Shown here one piece after another: positions 56,516 to 64,000 of a stretch of 64,000 nucleotides of DNA (positions are counted from its first letter, which is position 1; every line of letters begins with the position of its first letter). The position numbers and the translations under genes are program-made. Where the stretch lies: positions 334,426-398,425 of the forward strand of contig JBAYGT010000001.1 in NCBI GenBank assembly GCA_041666525.1, written 5' to 3'. Source of the DNA: Negativicutes bacterium. Its GTDB lineage: Bacteria; Bacillota; Negativicutes; JBAXTZ01. The notes under the pieces are model-generated. The model ran no database searches. It saw nothing but the letters and a program-made list of their open reading frames with translations, and was not told where the DNA came from.

Positions 56516-57763
56516 TTACTCACCAGTATTGCCGCTTGCTTCCTCGGCGAGACGCTGTTTCTCCAACGAGCGGGCAAATGGATAATATACAATAAAAGCA
56601 ATAACGATAGACACAACTGCCCACACTGCTGCACGCCAGTCGCCGCCCGTAGCAAGATATTGACCGATGATCGGCGGCGTTGTCCATGGCACCATTATAC
56701 ATGGTTTATTGATAATATTTGCCGCCATCAGAAAATAGGTGCCAACCACTAATATCTGCGGTACGATAACGTAAGGAATCAGTAATATCGGATTAAGCAT
56801 AACCGGTACTCCAAAGATTACCGGTTCATTTATCTGGAAACAGGCTGAGGGGAACGCCATGCGGCTGAGCTGCCGCAAACCGATTTCCTTGGAACGCATT
56901 AATATCAACACCAGCGCCAGCGTCGTACCCGTACCGCCGACATTAACGAACATCGCATTGAAACCGTCGGCGCCAATATACGGTAACGGCTGTCCGGCCA
57001 CCATTGCCGACGCGTTAGCGGCGAGATAAGTCAGACATATTGGTGAAGCCACGGATGACACAACATTGTCGCCATGAATACCCACAAACCATAGCAACGA
57101 AATTATTAACGTCATAACCATAAGTCCCGGCAAGGTATTCAGCGCAAATACAAAAGGTTGGAAAATCATAGTTACGATTGCGTTAATATCAACGCCGCCG
57201 ACAAATCGCACCAACCACAAAAACGTCAACAATGTTGCGGTTGGCGTCAGTGAAATAAACGAACGTGATACTGCCGGCGGCACATTTTCCGGCAATTTGA
57301 TAACCAGGTTGCGTAGCACAAAAAACCTTTGAATCTGAATTGCGATAAACGCTACCACGATTGCAGTAAACATGCCGCTGGCACTGAAATTTGCCGTTGC
57401 AATGCTCCCTGTTTCCGGATCAACCTGCAACAATATGAAACCGATCAGTGACATCAGCGAACCGATGATTGCATCCTGTTTCAGTTCGCGGGCGTAATTA
57501 TAAGCAATCGAAATCGAAACGATAATCGACAGCAATCCGAAAGTCGCCGATATCGGAATCGACAATAACTGTTGATAGGGTTTAACGATATTAGTCCAGG
57601 CCTGAATCGGGATAAAGCTGATAATCATGAAGATACTGCCAAAAATCGTGAACGGCACGGTCGCTATCATACCATTACGCACGGCCTTCAAAAATTTTAC
57701 ATCACCAAGTTTGGTCAACGGCGGCACCAAATAGTTTTCAATAAGGAAAATAAATTTTTCCAC
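56516..57763 (-). CDS. PTS EIIC component, lactose/cellobiose (type 3) family
   Basis: 415 aa with a GTG start after GGGGAG. The N-terminus ENYLVPPLTKLGDVKFLKAVRNGMIATVPFTIFGS is typical of the cellobiose-type EIIC family. Confidence 0.8.
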   Translation of the reverse strand: MEKFIFLIENYLVPPLTKLGDVKFLKAVRNGMIATVPFTIFGSIFMIISFIPIQAWTNIVKPYQQLLSIPISATFGLLSIIVSISIAYNYARELKQDAIIGSLMSLIGFILLQVDPETGSIATANFSASGMFTAIVVAFIAIQIQRFFVLRNLVIKLPENVPPAVSRSFISLTPTATLLTFLWLVRFVGGVDINAIVTMIFQPFVFALNTLPGLMVMTLIISLLWFVGIHGDNVVSSVASPICLTYLAANASAMVAGQPLPYIGADGFNAMFVNVGGTGTTLALVLILMRSKEIGLRQLSRMAFPSACFQINEPVIFGVPVMLNPILLIPYVIVPQILVVGTYFLMAANIINKPCIMVPWTTPPIIGQYLATGGDWRAAVWAVVSIVIAFIVYYPFARSLEKQRLAEEASGNTGE

Positions 57764-57778
57764 AATGCTCCCCTTTTA

Positions 57779-60700
57779 TTAATTCCGACCGTGTTTATTG
57801 GTCAAAGTTAAAATTCTGGCAACTAATTTTTCATCCAATACGTCCGCCGCCATCCGCCACTCCCAATTTCCACCTAAAACTGACGGAACGTTCATTCGCG
57901 CAGCATTGTCCAATCCCAGCCAATCCTGCATTGGCACAATCGCGGTATTTGCCGTAGCCGACAACGTCAGCTCAATCATTCGCTCGCAAATAGCACGGCT
58001 GTCGATTTTTTTCGCAGCATCAAAACCCAGTTCAGTAACGATGTTTTTGTAAACTACGGGTTTTTCCGTCTTGATTCGGTCAAAAAAGCCGGTAGTAGTG
58101 TCATTATCATGAGTTCCGGTATACACGATCTCATTTATCAAATAACAATTCGGATCAAACGGCGCGCGCCGTTCGCCTTCCAGAGCAAACTGAACAATAA
58201 TCATTCCGGGATAACTGAAACGTTCACGCAAATATTCGACTTGCGGCGTAATCACGCCCAGATTTTCGGCAATAATATTCATCTTGCCCAAATGTTTTTC
58301 GATGGCGTCAAATAATTTCCGATCCGGTCCTTTTACCCAGCGTCCTTTAATCGCGGTCGGCTCGGTCGCCGGTATTTCCCAGTAAGCTTCAAAACCACGG
58401 AAGTGGTCAATCCGCAAAATGTCAACTATTTTAGCCAGTTTGCCAACGCGCAACCGCCACCAGGCGAAATCATCTTGTTCCATCAGATCCCACTTATAAT
58501 GCGGATTGCCCCAACGCTGACCGGTTTTGCTGAAATAGTCAGGCGGTACACCGGCAATCAAGCTCGGTGAACCATCCGGATTCAACTCAAACAACCGCTG
58601 CATTGCCCAGACGTCAGATGAATCATGTGCGACAAAAATCGGAATGTCGCCAACAATTTTGATGTTTTTGGCATTAGCGTATTTTTTTAGTTTGAACCAC
58701 TGCCGAAAATAGATGAATTGCAGAAAACGTTGATATTCGATTTCATCAGCCAACTCTTCCCGTTTGACCAATAACGCATTTTCTTCACGTTTAGCCAATT
58801 CTTCCGGCCACTCAGTCCAGGGTTTTAAGTTCTGTTGAGCTTTGATAGCCGCGAACAACACCCAGTCTTCCAGCCATTCGTTTTCATCCGCGACAAATTG
58901 CTTGTAATCTTTGGTTTTACCGACTTTGTTTTTGGCATGCGCAAACGCTTGGCGGAACAAACCGTCTTTGAGTTTTTTTATTGATTCAAAGTCAATTTTA
59001 TCCAATGAAAAAGCTTTACCTTCGAGTGCTGCCGCAATATCTTTTTCAGTAAGCAATTTTGATTCAACAAGCATATCCGGGCTGATCATCATCGGATTTC
59101 CGGCGAAAGCGCTTAAACCCTGATAGGGTGATTCACCATAACCCACCGGATTAATCGGCAGCAACTGCCAGAGCTTTTGCCCGGACTGCTCCATAAAGTC
59201 GATAAAGGCATAAGCCTCTTTGCCAAAATCACCGATACCATAACGGCTTGGAAACGAAGTGGGATGCATCAATATTCCCGCTTCACGTTTTGCCGTAACC
59301 TTTTGAATTAACAAACGCGTTGACTGCGGAGCTAACGACAAATTCAACAACCCGCCATGTGCATGTTCGGCACGATGCCCGTCGAGGATATCATAATATT
59401 TTTCGACTTCCAGACTATTCACGGCTACACTCACAAGCTGGTTTGAGCGATTAACAGCGATTATCGCCGTGTTGTTTGCATCACAACGGCTAAAAACAAA
59501 ACAACCAGAGCTGGCATATACCGGCCGCCATTCACCCGTTTGCAACACCGGATACTCACGCCGCAGCGCCGTTATCAACTTGAACCATTCGTATACTTCT
59601 TTATCTTCCTCGCCCCACGGATAAGCGCGCCGATTAAGCGGATCGGCAAATCCTTCCATACCAGCTTCATCACCATAATATACGCTGGGAATTCCCGGGT
59701 GGCACATCTGCCAGAGACTGAGCATTTTCAACCGCGCCACAGCAGTTTTGCGTTCTGATTCGGTTAGTTCGCTATGATAATATTTATCCGCAAAACTGAT
59801 ACCTTCGCCTTCATTACCTTTGCCCAAAACCGTCAATATCCGGGCCCGATCATGCGTACCGAGCAGATTCATATTGGCAGCAAAAACTTGTGGCGGATAA
59901 TTTTCACACAGGCTCATCAGCTCACGGCTGACTCGCGTTGCATCAATTTTTCCAAGTGCAAAATCCAGCATAACTTTTCTGAGCGGATAATTCATCGGCG
60001 CATCCAATTCATCGCCGACCAAATATTCCCGCAATTTATCGTAGGCTTTCTTGTTCGATGCATCTTCCCACACTTCGCCGATCACCACGGCATCGGGGTT
60101 GATTTCTTTGACCGCTTTACGCAACTCCTTAATAAACTCATCCGGCAACTCATCGGCAACATCCAACCGCCAGCCTTTTGCACCGGCCCGCAGCCATTTT
60201 TTAATAACCGAATCTTTATCACGCAAAATATAATCCAAATACGACGGCGTCAGCTCTTTCACATTCGGCATATTGTCAATGCCCCACCAGCAATCATAAC
60301 TGCCGTCCTTTTTGAACGAATACCAATCATGATATTCCGATTTCGTCGATTGCGCAGCACCGATTGATGGGTATTTACCCTTACTGTTAAAATACACGCT
60401 GTTATTACCGGTATGCGAAAACACACCGTCCAGTATAATATTTATTCCCAAGTGTTCCGCTTCGGAACATAACAATTTAAACGCCTGTTCGTCCCCCAGG
60501 TATTGATCGATTTTTTTGTAGTCACCAGTATCATAACGATGATTGCTTTCAGCTTCAAAGATCGGATTAAGATAAATAACACTAACGCCTAACCCTTTTA
60601 AATATGGCAGGCGGTCAATAATTCCCTGAATGTTTCCACCAAAAAAATCATACGCAACCACCGCCTGTGTTTCCGGATTACGTGCGTAAATCGGTTCGTC

Positions 60701-61201
60701 GGCCCAATTCAAGTGTAATAAACTCATCGGTTTGGGATTGCTAAACTGGTCGCCTTGTTCACCGCGCGCAAACCGGTCAGGAAATATTTGATACATAATC
60801 CCGGTTTTCATCCAGTCCGGTGTAGTGAACTTCTTATCAAAAGCGGTTATCTGATAAGGCGGTGGATAACTGTCGCGCATTTCACCGATACCACCAAGAT
60901 TATCCGCGTTATTACCATAAAACATCGTACGGCCATTAGCAATAACTTCAAAGCAATACCAATATATTCCAGGATTTACCGGCACTTTAATTTTGTATTC
61001 ATACTCGAAATAATTTTCCTTGGCCAACCGTTGTTTCATCGTGAAATGACGGCTGTCGACTCCCTCGAGCCAAATATGCAGAATCGCTTTCTCTGGCCGG
61101 CAATCGCTAACAGCTATTGCTAAAGTGATTTCCGTGCCACAGGCAACGGCACCAAAAGGATTGCGGTAATTAATTTCCTGTGAATTGTGAAATATATGCA
61201 T
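57779..61201 (-). CDS. Fusion protein: GH13 neopullulanase/cyclomaltodextrinase-like alpha-amylase (N-terminal) plus GH77 4-alpha-glucanotransferase MalQ (C-terminal)
   Basis: 1140 aa. GH13 regions I-IV are DGVFSHTG, GWRLDVADE, GEVWED and LLGTHDRAR. From about aa 645 it shows GH77 features: GILMHPTSFPS..GIGDFG, RIDHFRGF, IIAENLG and YTGTHDND. Confidence 0.85.
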   Translation of the reverse strand: MHIFHNSQEINYRNPFGAVACGTEITLAIAVSDCRPEKAILHIWLEGVDSRHFTMKQRLAKENYFEYEYKIKVPVNPGIYWYCFEVIANGRTMFYGNNADNLGGIGEMRDSYPPPYQITAFDKKFTTPDWMKTGIMYQIFPDRFARGEQGDQFSNPKPMSLLHLNWADEPIYARNPETQAVVAYDFFGGNIQGIIDRLPYLKGLGVSVIYLNPIFEAESNHRYDTGDYKKIDQYLGDEQAFKLLCSEAEHLGINIILDGVFSHTGNNSVYFNSKGKYPSIGAAQSTKSEYHDWYSFKKDGSYDCWWGIDNMPNVKELTPSYLDYILRDKDSVIKKWLRAGAKGWRLDVADELPDEFIKELRKAVKEINPDAVVIGEVWEDASNKKAYDKLREYLVGDELDAPMNYPLRKVMLDFALGKIDATRVSRELMSLCENYPPQVFAANMNLLGTHDRARILTVLGKGNEGEGISFADKYYHSELTESERKTAVARLKMLSLWQMCHPGIPSVYYGDEAGMEGFADPLNRRAYPWGEEDKEVYEWFKLITALRREYPVLQTGEWRPVYASSGCFVFSRCDANNTAIIAVNRSNQLVSVAVNSLEVEKYYDILDGHRAEHAHGGLLNLSLAPQSTRLLIQKVTAKREAGILMHPTSFPSRYGIGDFGKEAYAFIDFMEQSGQKLWQLLPINPVGYGESPYQGLSAFAGNPMMISPDMLVESKLLTEKDIAAALEGKAFSLDKIDFESIKKLKDGLFRQAFAHAKNKVGKTKDYKQFVADENEWLEDWVLFAAIKAQQNLKPWTEWPEELAKREENALLVKREELADEIEYQRFLQFIYFRQWFKLKKYANAKNIKIVGDIPIFVAHDSSDVWAMQRLFELNPDGSPSLIAGVPPDYFSKTGQRWGNPHYKWDLMEQDDFAWWRLRVGKLAKIVDILRIDHFRGFEAYWEIPATEPTAIKGRWVKGPDRKLFDAIEKHLGKMNIIAENLGVITPQVEYLRERFSYPGMIIVQFALEGERRAPFDPNCYLINEIVYTGTHDNDTTTGFFDRIKTEKPVVYKNIVTELGFDAAKKIDSRAICERMIELTLSATANTAIVPMQDWLGLDNAARMNVPSVLGGNWEWRMAADVLDEKLVARILTLTNKHGRN

Positions 61202-61243
61202 TTTCCCTCCGAAAAAAAATCATTCATGTTCTTAATAATTACT

Positions 61244-61270
61244 ATTCGACACGGTTTCGTGTTTTCCTGC
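61244..61270 (-). promoter_or_regulatory. Sigma-H-type promoter (site C) upstream of the GH13-GH77 / EIIC operon
   Basis: The minus strand reads GCAGGAAAACACGAAACCGTGTCGAAT, that is AGGAAAA, 14 nt, then GAAT. It contains TGTCGAA. Confidence 0.5.
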
Positions 61271-61353
61271 AAAAGATTGCTATTAGCCTGAAAAATCAAT
61301 GCTGGATCATACTTCATATTATTTAATCGCATTACAGTCTAACGCGCAGCGCA

Positions 61354-61977
61354 TTATTTATGATAGCCTTTAACAAGATAGTTATATTTATAAGGATATT
61401 CGTCAACAACTCCGGCATGGCCTGCACCATAAATTTCGACAATATCACTTCGAATGCTTTTTGTATTCACTGCATACCGCGACAAGTGCCGCGCAGCCTT
61501 CAACATCTGCGACTGCCAGCGTTTTCCGGTCTCAAGTTGTAAGTACGGCTGCTCAAGATAATATATCACTTTAGTCGGATCAACCACTTCGTCGACAGCT
61601 TGACGTACAACAACGTGCATCGGATGCACCAACCCGAACGGACAATAGATTTTATCGTAACTGGCAAAACAAAACGCGCTCATTTTTTGTTGCAAAGTGA
61701 CATAGTGCTCATAATTAGTGCGGTAATATTTAAATGCTTCAGCATGGTCGCGAGCAGCTTCAGCCGGAAGTTCCAGATAATTATAGTAATCCGTCAACAA
61801 AAAATCAAAAGTCTGACCGACCAAAAACCGCCGTCGGATGTTTTCCGGCTTACGGTCACCATCCGCACTTACCGTCAACGTATCCAAAACAATTTTTTTC
61901 TTGTTAGCATTCAGTAAAACAGGGTAACACGAGTATATTGCATCATCGGCATGTGGCTCAACTATCAAACACTTCAT
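61354..61977 (-). CDS. PIG-L/LmbE-like deacetylase-family protein (weak assignment)
   Basis: 207 aa. The N-terminal LIVEPHADDA resembles the PIG-L AHPDD metal motif. I see no other firm signature. Confidence 0.35.
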   Translation of the reverse strand: MKCLIVEPHADDAIYSCYPVLLNANKKKIVLDTLTVSADGDRKPENIRRRFLVGQTFDFLLTDYYNYLELPAEAARDHAEAFKYYRTNYEHYVTLQQKMSAFCFASYDKIYCPFGLVHPMHVVVRQAVDEVVDPTKVIYYLEQPYLQLETGKRWQSQMLKAARHLSRYAVNTKSIRSDIVEIYGAGHAGVVDEYPYKYNYLVKGYHK

Positions 61978-62041
61978 AATCGGTTTCCTTTCTATGTGTC
62001 ACCCGTAAATCCTCTATAACTAATATATGCAGGTAATATTA

Positions 62042-62068
62042 ATTCCACCAAACACACTATTTTCCTGC
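62042..62068 (-). promoter_or_regulatory. Sigma-H-type promoter (site D) upstream of the PIG-L-like gene
   Basis: The minus strand reads GCAGGAAAATAGTGTGTTTGGTGGAAT, that is AGGAAAA, 14 nt, then GAAT. Confidence 0.5.
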
Positions 62069-62075
62069 ATATTTA

Positions 62076-62105
62076 TTGCAGTTTATTAATAATTTGTTCT
62101 ATAAT
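62076..62105 (+). promoter_or_regulatory. Candidate sigma-A promoter for the exported-protein gene
   Basis: TTGCAG (62076-62081), 18 nt, then TATAAT (62100-62105). Confidence 0.35.
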
Positions 62106-62132
62106 AATTGCGACAACATCGTGGAGGCTAAT

Positions 62133-62645
62133 GTGAATAGTTCGAAGTCCAGAGCACCAGATCTGTTTTCTTCCGCAATACGCGGATTGACATTATCATT
62201 ATTATTCATTTTTATACTTGCGACCTGCTCTGTCGGCAGCGCCAACGAAGTGTGGAAATGGATTTACAAAGATGACACCTGTATTGTGTATGCCGATTTT
62301 ACCACGCTGCACATCTGGGACAAACCCGAAGGCGATTGTGTAGATATTTATACAATGACAAATCTCAGTAACCTTGGCCGCGAAGAATTACTGACCGGAC
62401 GGGAAATCAGTAACAAGACACTCTCCGGCTGGCAAACGGTTTCGACCATCATTACCCGCCAGTTGTTCATGCTCAAGGAGCGCAAAGTCCAAATGCTGAC
62501 GGTTACTTATTATGATGACAGCGGCAAAATTCTTGAAGAAGAAAAACAAGCCTATTCGCCAGATCGTTGGACGACGCTGCGTCAGGTGGAACGTAGTCAA
62601 AAAGTATATGATATTATTGTAGATATTGCCAAAAATACAAAATAG
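62133..62645 (+). CDS. Hypothetical exported protein
   Basis: The GTG at 62133 is preceded by GGAGG at a 5-nt spacing, whereas the track start at 62076 is a TTG inside the putative promoter. Has a hydrophobic signal-like segment (LTLSLLFIFILATCSVGSA). Confidence 0.45.
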   Translation: MNSSKSRAPDLFSSAIRGLTLSLLFIFILATCSVGSANEVWKWIYKDDTCIVYADFTTLHIWDKPEGDCVDIYTMTNLSNLGREELLTGREISNKTLSGWQTVSTIITRQLFMLKERKVQMLTVTYYDDSGKILEEEKQAYSPDRWTTLRQVERSQKVYDIIVDIAKNTK

Positions 62646-62683
62646 AAACAGCCGGGCGATTTTGCCCGGCTGTTTCTATTTTT
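62644..62683. terminator. Bidirectional rho-independent terminator
   Basis: AGAAACAGCCGGGC-gatttt-GCCCGGCTGTTTCT, a perfect 14-bp stem followed by ATTTTTG, lying between convergent genes. Confidence 0.85.
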
Positions 62684-62685
62684 GC

Positions 62686-63702
62686 TTATTCTTCTACGAC
62701 TTTTGGTTTTAGTATTCCAATCAAACCGGCCGACACTATCATTCCTACCAATATAGCAACGACATACCAAATCCGGTGATCGACCACCGGTAATACGATA
62801 AGTCCGCCATGCGGTGCATGATCTGTACAACCAAAAAATGCAGCTATTGCACCACCAACCGCCGAACCAATCATGATGGACGGAATTACACGAATCGGAT
62901 CAGCGGCAGCAAAGGGTATTGCTCCCTCAGTGATCCCTATCGAACCCATAATCAACGCACCAATACCAGCTTCACGCTCAATTTCGTCAAATTTTTTCGG
63001 AAACAACAACGTCGCTAACCCTAATCCAAGCGGTGGAATACAAATTGCCGCAGCGATTGGACCCATTACAGTATAAACTCCTTCACCAATCATTGCCGCA
63101 CCAAACATAAAGGCAACTTTATTGACCGGACCACCCATATCAAAAGCAATCATTGCACCCGTAAGTGCTCCAAGTAATACAGCGTTACCGCCGCCCATTG
63201 CTTTCAATCCTGCCGTCATTGACTCCATCAATCCGGCGATTGGTTTACCTACAACAAATAACATTAAACCGCCCGTAACCAACGCTGACAATAACGGAAT
63301 TACAAAAATTGGCATAATTGGACGCAAATTAGGATGCACCGGCCATTTCTTTATCCAGCGCGCCATATAACCAGCAATTATGCCGGCGATTATTCCACCT
63401 AAAAATCCGGCTTTTGTACTGACTGCCAAAGCACCGCCCACCAGACCCGGCGCCAATCCCGGACGATCTGCGATTGCAAAAGCGATAAAACCTGCCAATA
63501 CTGGCACCATTAATCCAAAAGCTGCAGCACCAATATCCAGCATTCCTTTTAGCCAAACATTGGTTACTTGCGGACCAGTTCCGGCCTGAACGCCGGACAT
63601 TGCAATTGCAAAAGCAATATACACACCGCCGATTACTACAATCGGAATCATATAAGACACGCCGTTCATCAGATATTGCCTGATTTTCTTCAGTTCGTTC
63701 AT
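62686..63702 (-). CDS. PTS fructose-family EIIC component
   Basis: 338 aa, polytopic, with conserved fructose-type EIIC segments (GGPVNKVAFMFG, ITEGAIPFAAADP). RBS GGAGGG. Confidence 0.8.
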   Translation of the reverse strand: MNELKKIRQYLMNGVSYMIPIVVIGGVYIAFAIAMSGVQAGTGPQVTNVWLKGMLDIGAAAFGLMVPVLAGFIAFAIADRPGLAPGLVGGALAVSTKAGFLGGIIAGIIAGYMARWIKKWPVHPNLRPIMPIFVIPLLSALVTGGLMLFVVGKPIAGLMESMTAGLKAMGGGNAVLLGALTGAMIAFDMGGPVNKVAFMFGAAMIGEGVYTVMGPIAAAICIPPLGLGLATLLFPKKFDEIEREAGIGALIMGSIGITEGAIPFAAADPIRVIPSIMIGSAVGGAIAAFFGCTDHAPHGGLIVLPVVDHRIWYVVAILVGMIVSAGLIGILKPKVVEE

Positions 63703-63710
63703 TTTCCCTC

Positions 63711-64000
63711 CTAGAATTCACTTTCTCTTTGTAATGCGCTAATAATTGCTTCAGCAGTAGTTGCTGATTTTAACGCCGCAACAATCTCGTCATCCATCAA
63801 CTTTACCGCGATTTGTTGCAAGAGTTTAAGATGCAAATCGCTGGCATCGGAATCCTGAATTGCCAGCAAAAATACCAAGTCAACCGGCTGATCATCCATC
63901 GCCTGCCATTCTACAGGCTGCTTTAGCTTGGCGATCGCAATGCTGGACAGTTTGACGCAATCGGTTTTGCCGTGCGGAATAGCGATGCCATTACCAATAC
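63711..64000 (-). CDS. PTS EIIA component (type 2, fructose/mannitol/Ntr family), C-terminal part; ORF continues beyond the window edge
   Basis: The reading frame is open to position 64000. The translation GNGIAIPHGKTDCVKLSSIAIAKLKQPVEWQAMDDQPVDLVFLLA contains the EIIA-type-2 active-site His motif (IAIPHG). Confidence 0.8.
   Translation of the reverse strand, partial: IGNGIAIPHGKTDCVKLSSIAIAKLKQPVEWQAMDDQPVDLVFLLAIQDSDASDLHLKLLQQIAVKLMDDEIVAALKSATTAEAIISALQRESEF

Overview
This 64-kb chromosomal segment appears to come from a low-GC Gram-positive (Bacillota-like, probably anaerobic) genome. All identifications come from reading the ORF translations and the DNA by eye (motif and family recognition from memory); no database search was possible. 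About 95% of genes are on the minus strand.

Gene content, in order of increasing coordinate:
- The Firmicute-type lepA-hemW-hrcA-grpE-dnaK heat-shock locus, with a perfect CIRCE operator and a thermosome-like (group II/III) chaperonin gene inserted between hrcA and grpE.
- A TPR protein, a class A PBP, an RCK-gated K+ channel and a Cu(I)-type P1B ATPase.
- Small metabolic genes, including a NUDIX / ECF-S-component / TudS-like trio.
- Two tandem tRNA-Ser genes.
- A SIMPL protein followed by a NapH-like polyferredoxin membrane trio.
- A ten-gene yhf/php-type operon of unknown function (the best candidate here for an uncharacterised system).
- A Kv channel, an amino-acid permease, a degenerate AdoMetDC-fold protein, a LarA homolog and a secreted C11 protease.
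- An 11-gene inositol operon in which iolC/iolJ/iolA are absent from the window, while translationally coupled archaeal-type PGK and type II GAPDH genes sit in the operon.
- A CpsB-like phosphatase and a small kinase-like protein.
- A permease-mccA-mccB-methyltransferase operon.
- A GH13-GH77 fusion enzyme with an orphan PTS EIIC.
- Fructose-type PTS components.

At the DNA level, a sigma-H-type promoter motif (GCAGGAAAA-N14/15-GAAT/C) recurs five times. Each copy lies just upstream of a minus-strand gene or operon, including the php-like operon.

I found no rRNA genes, CRISPR arrays, transposases, integrases or prophage genes.
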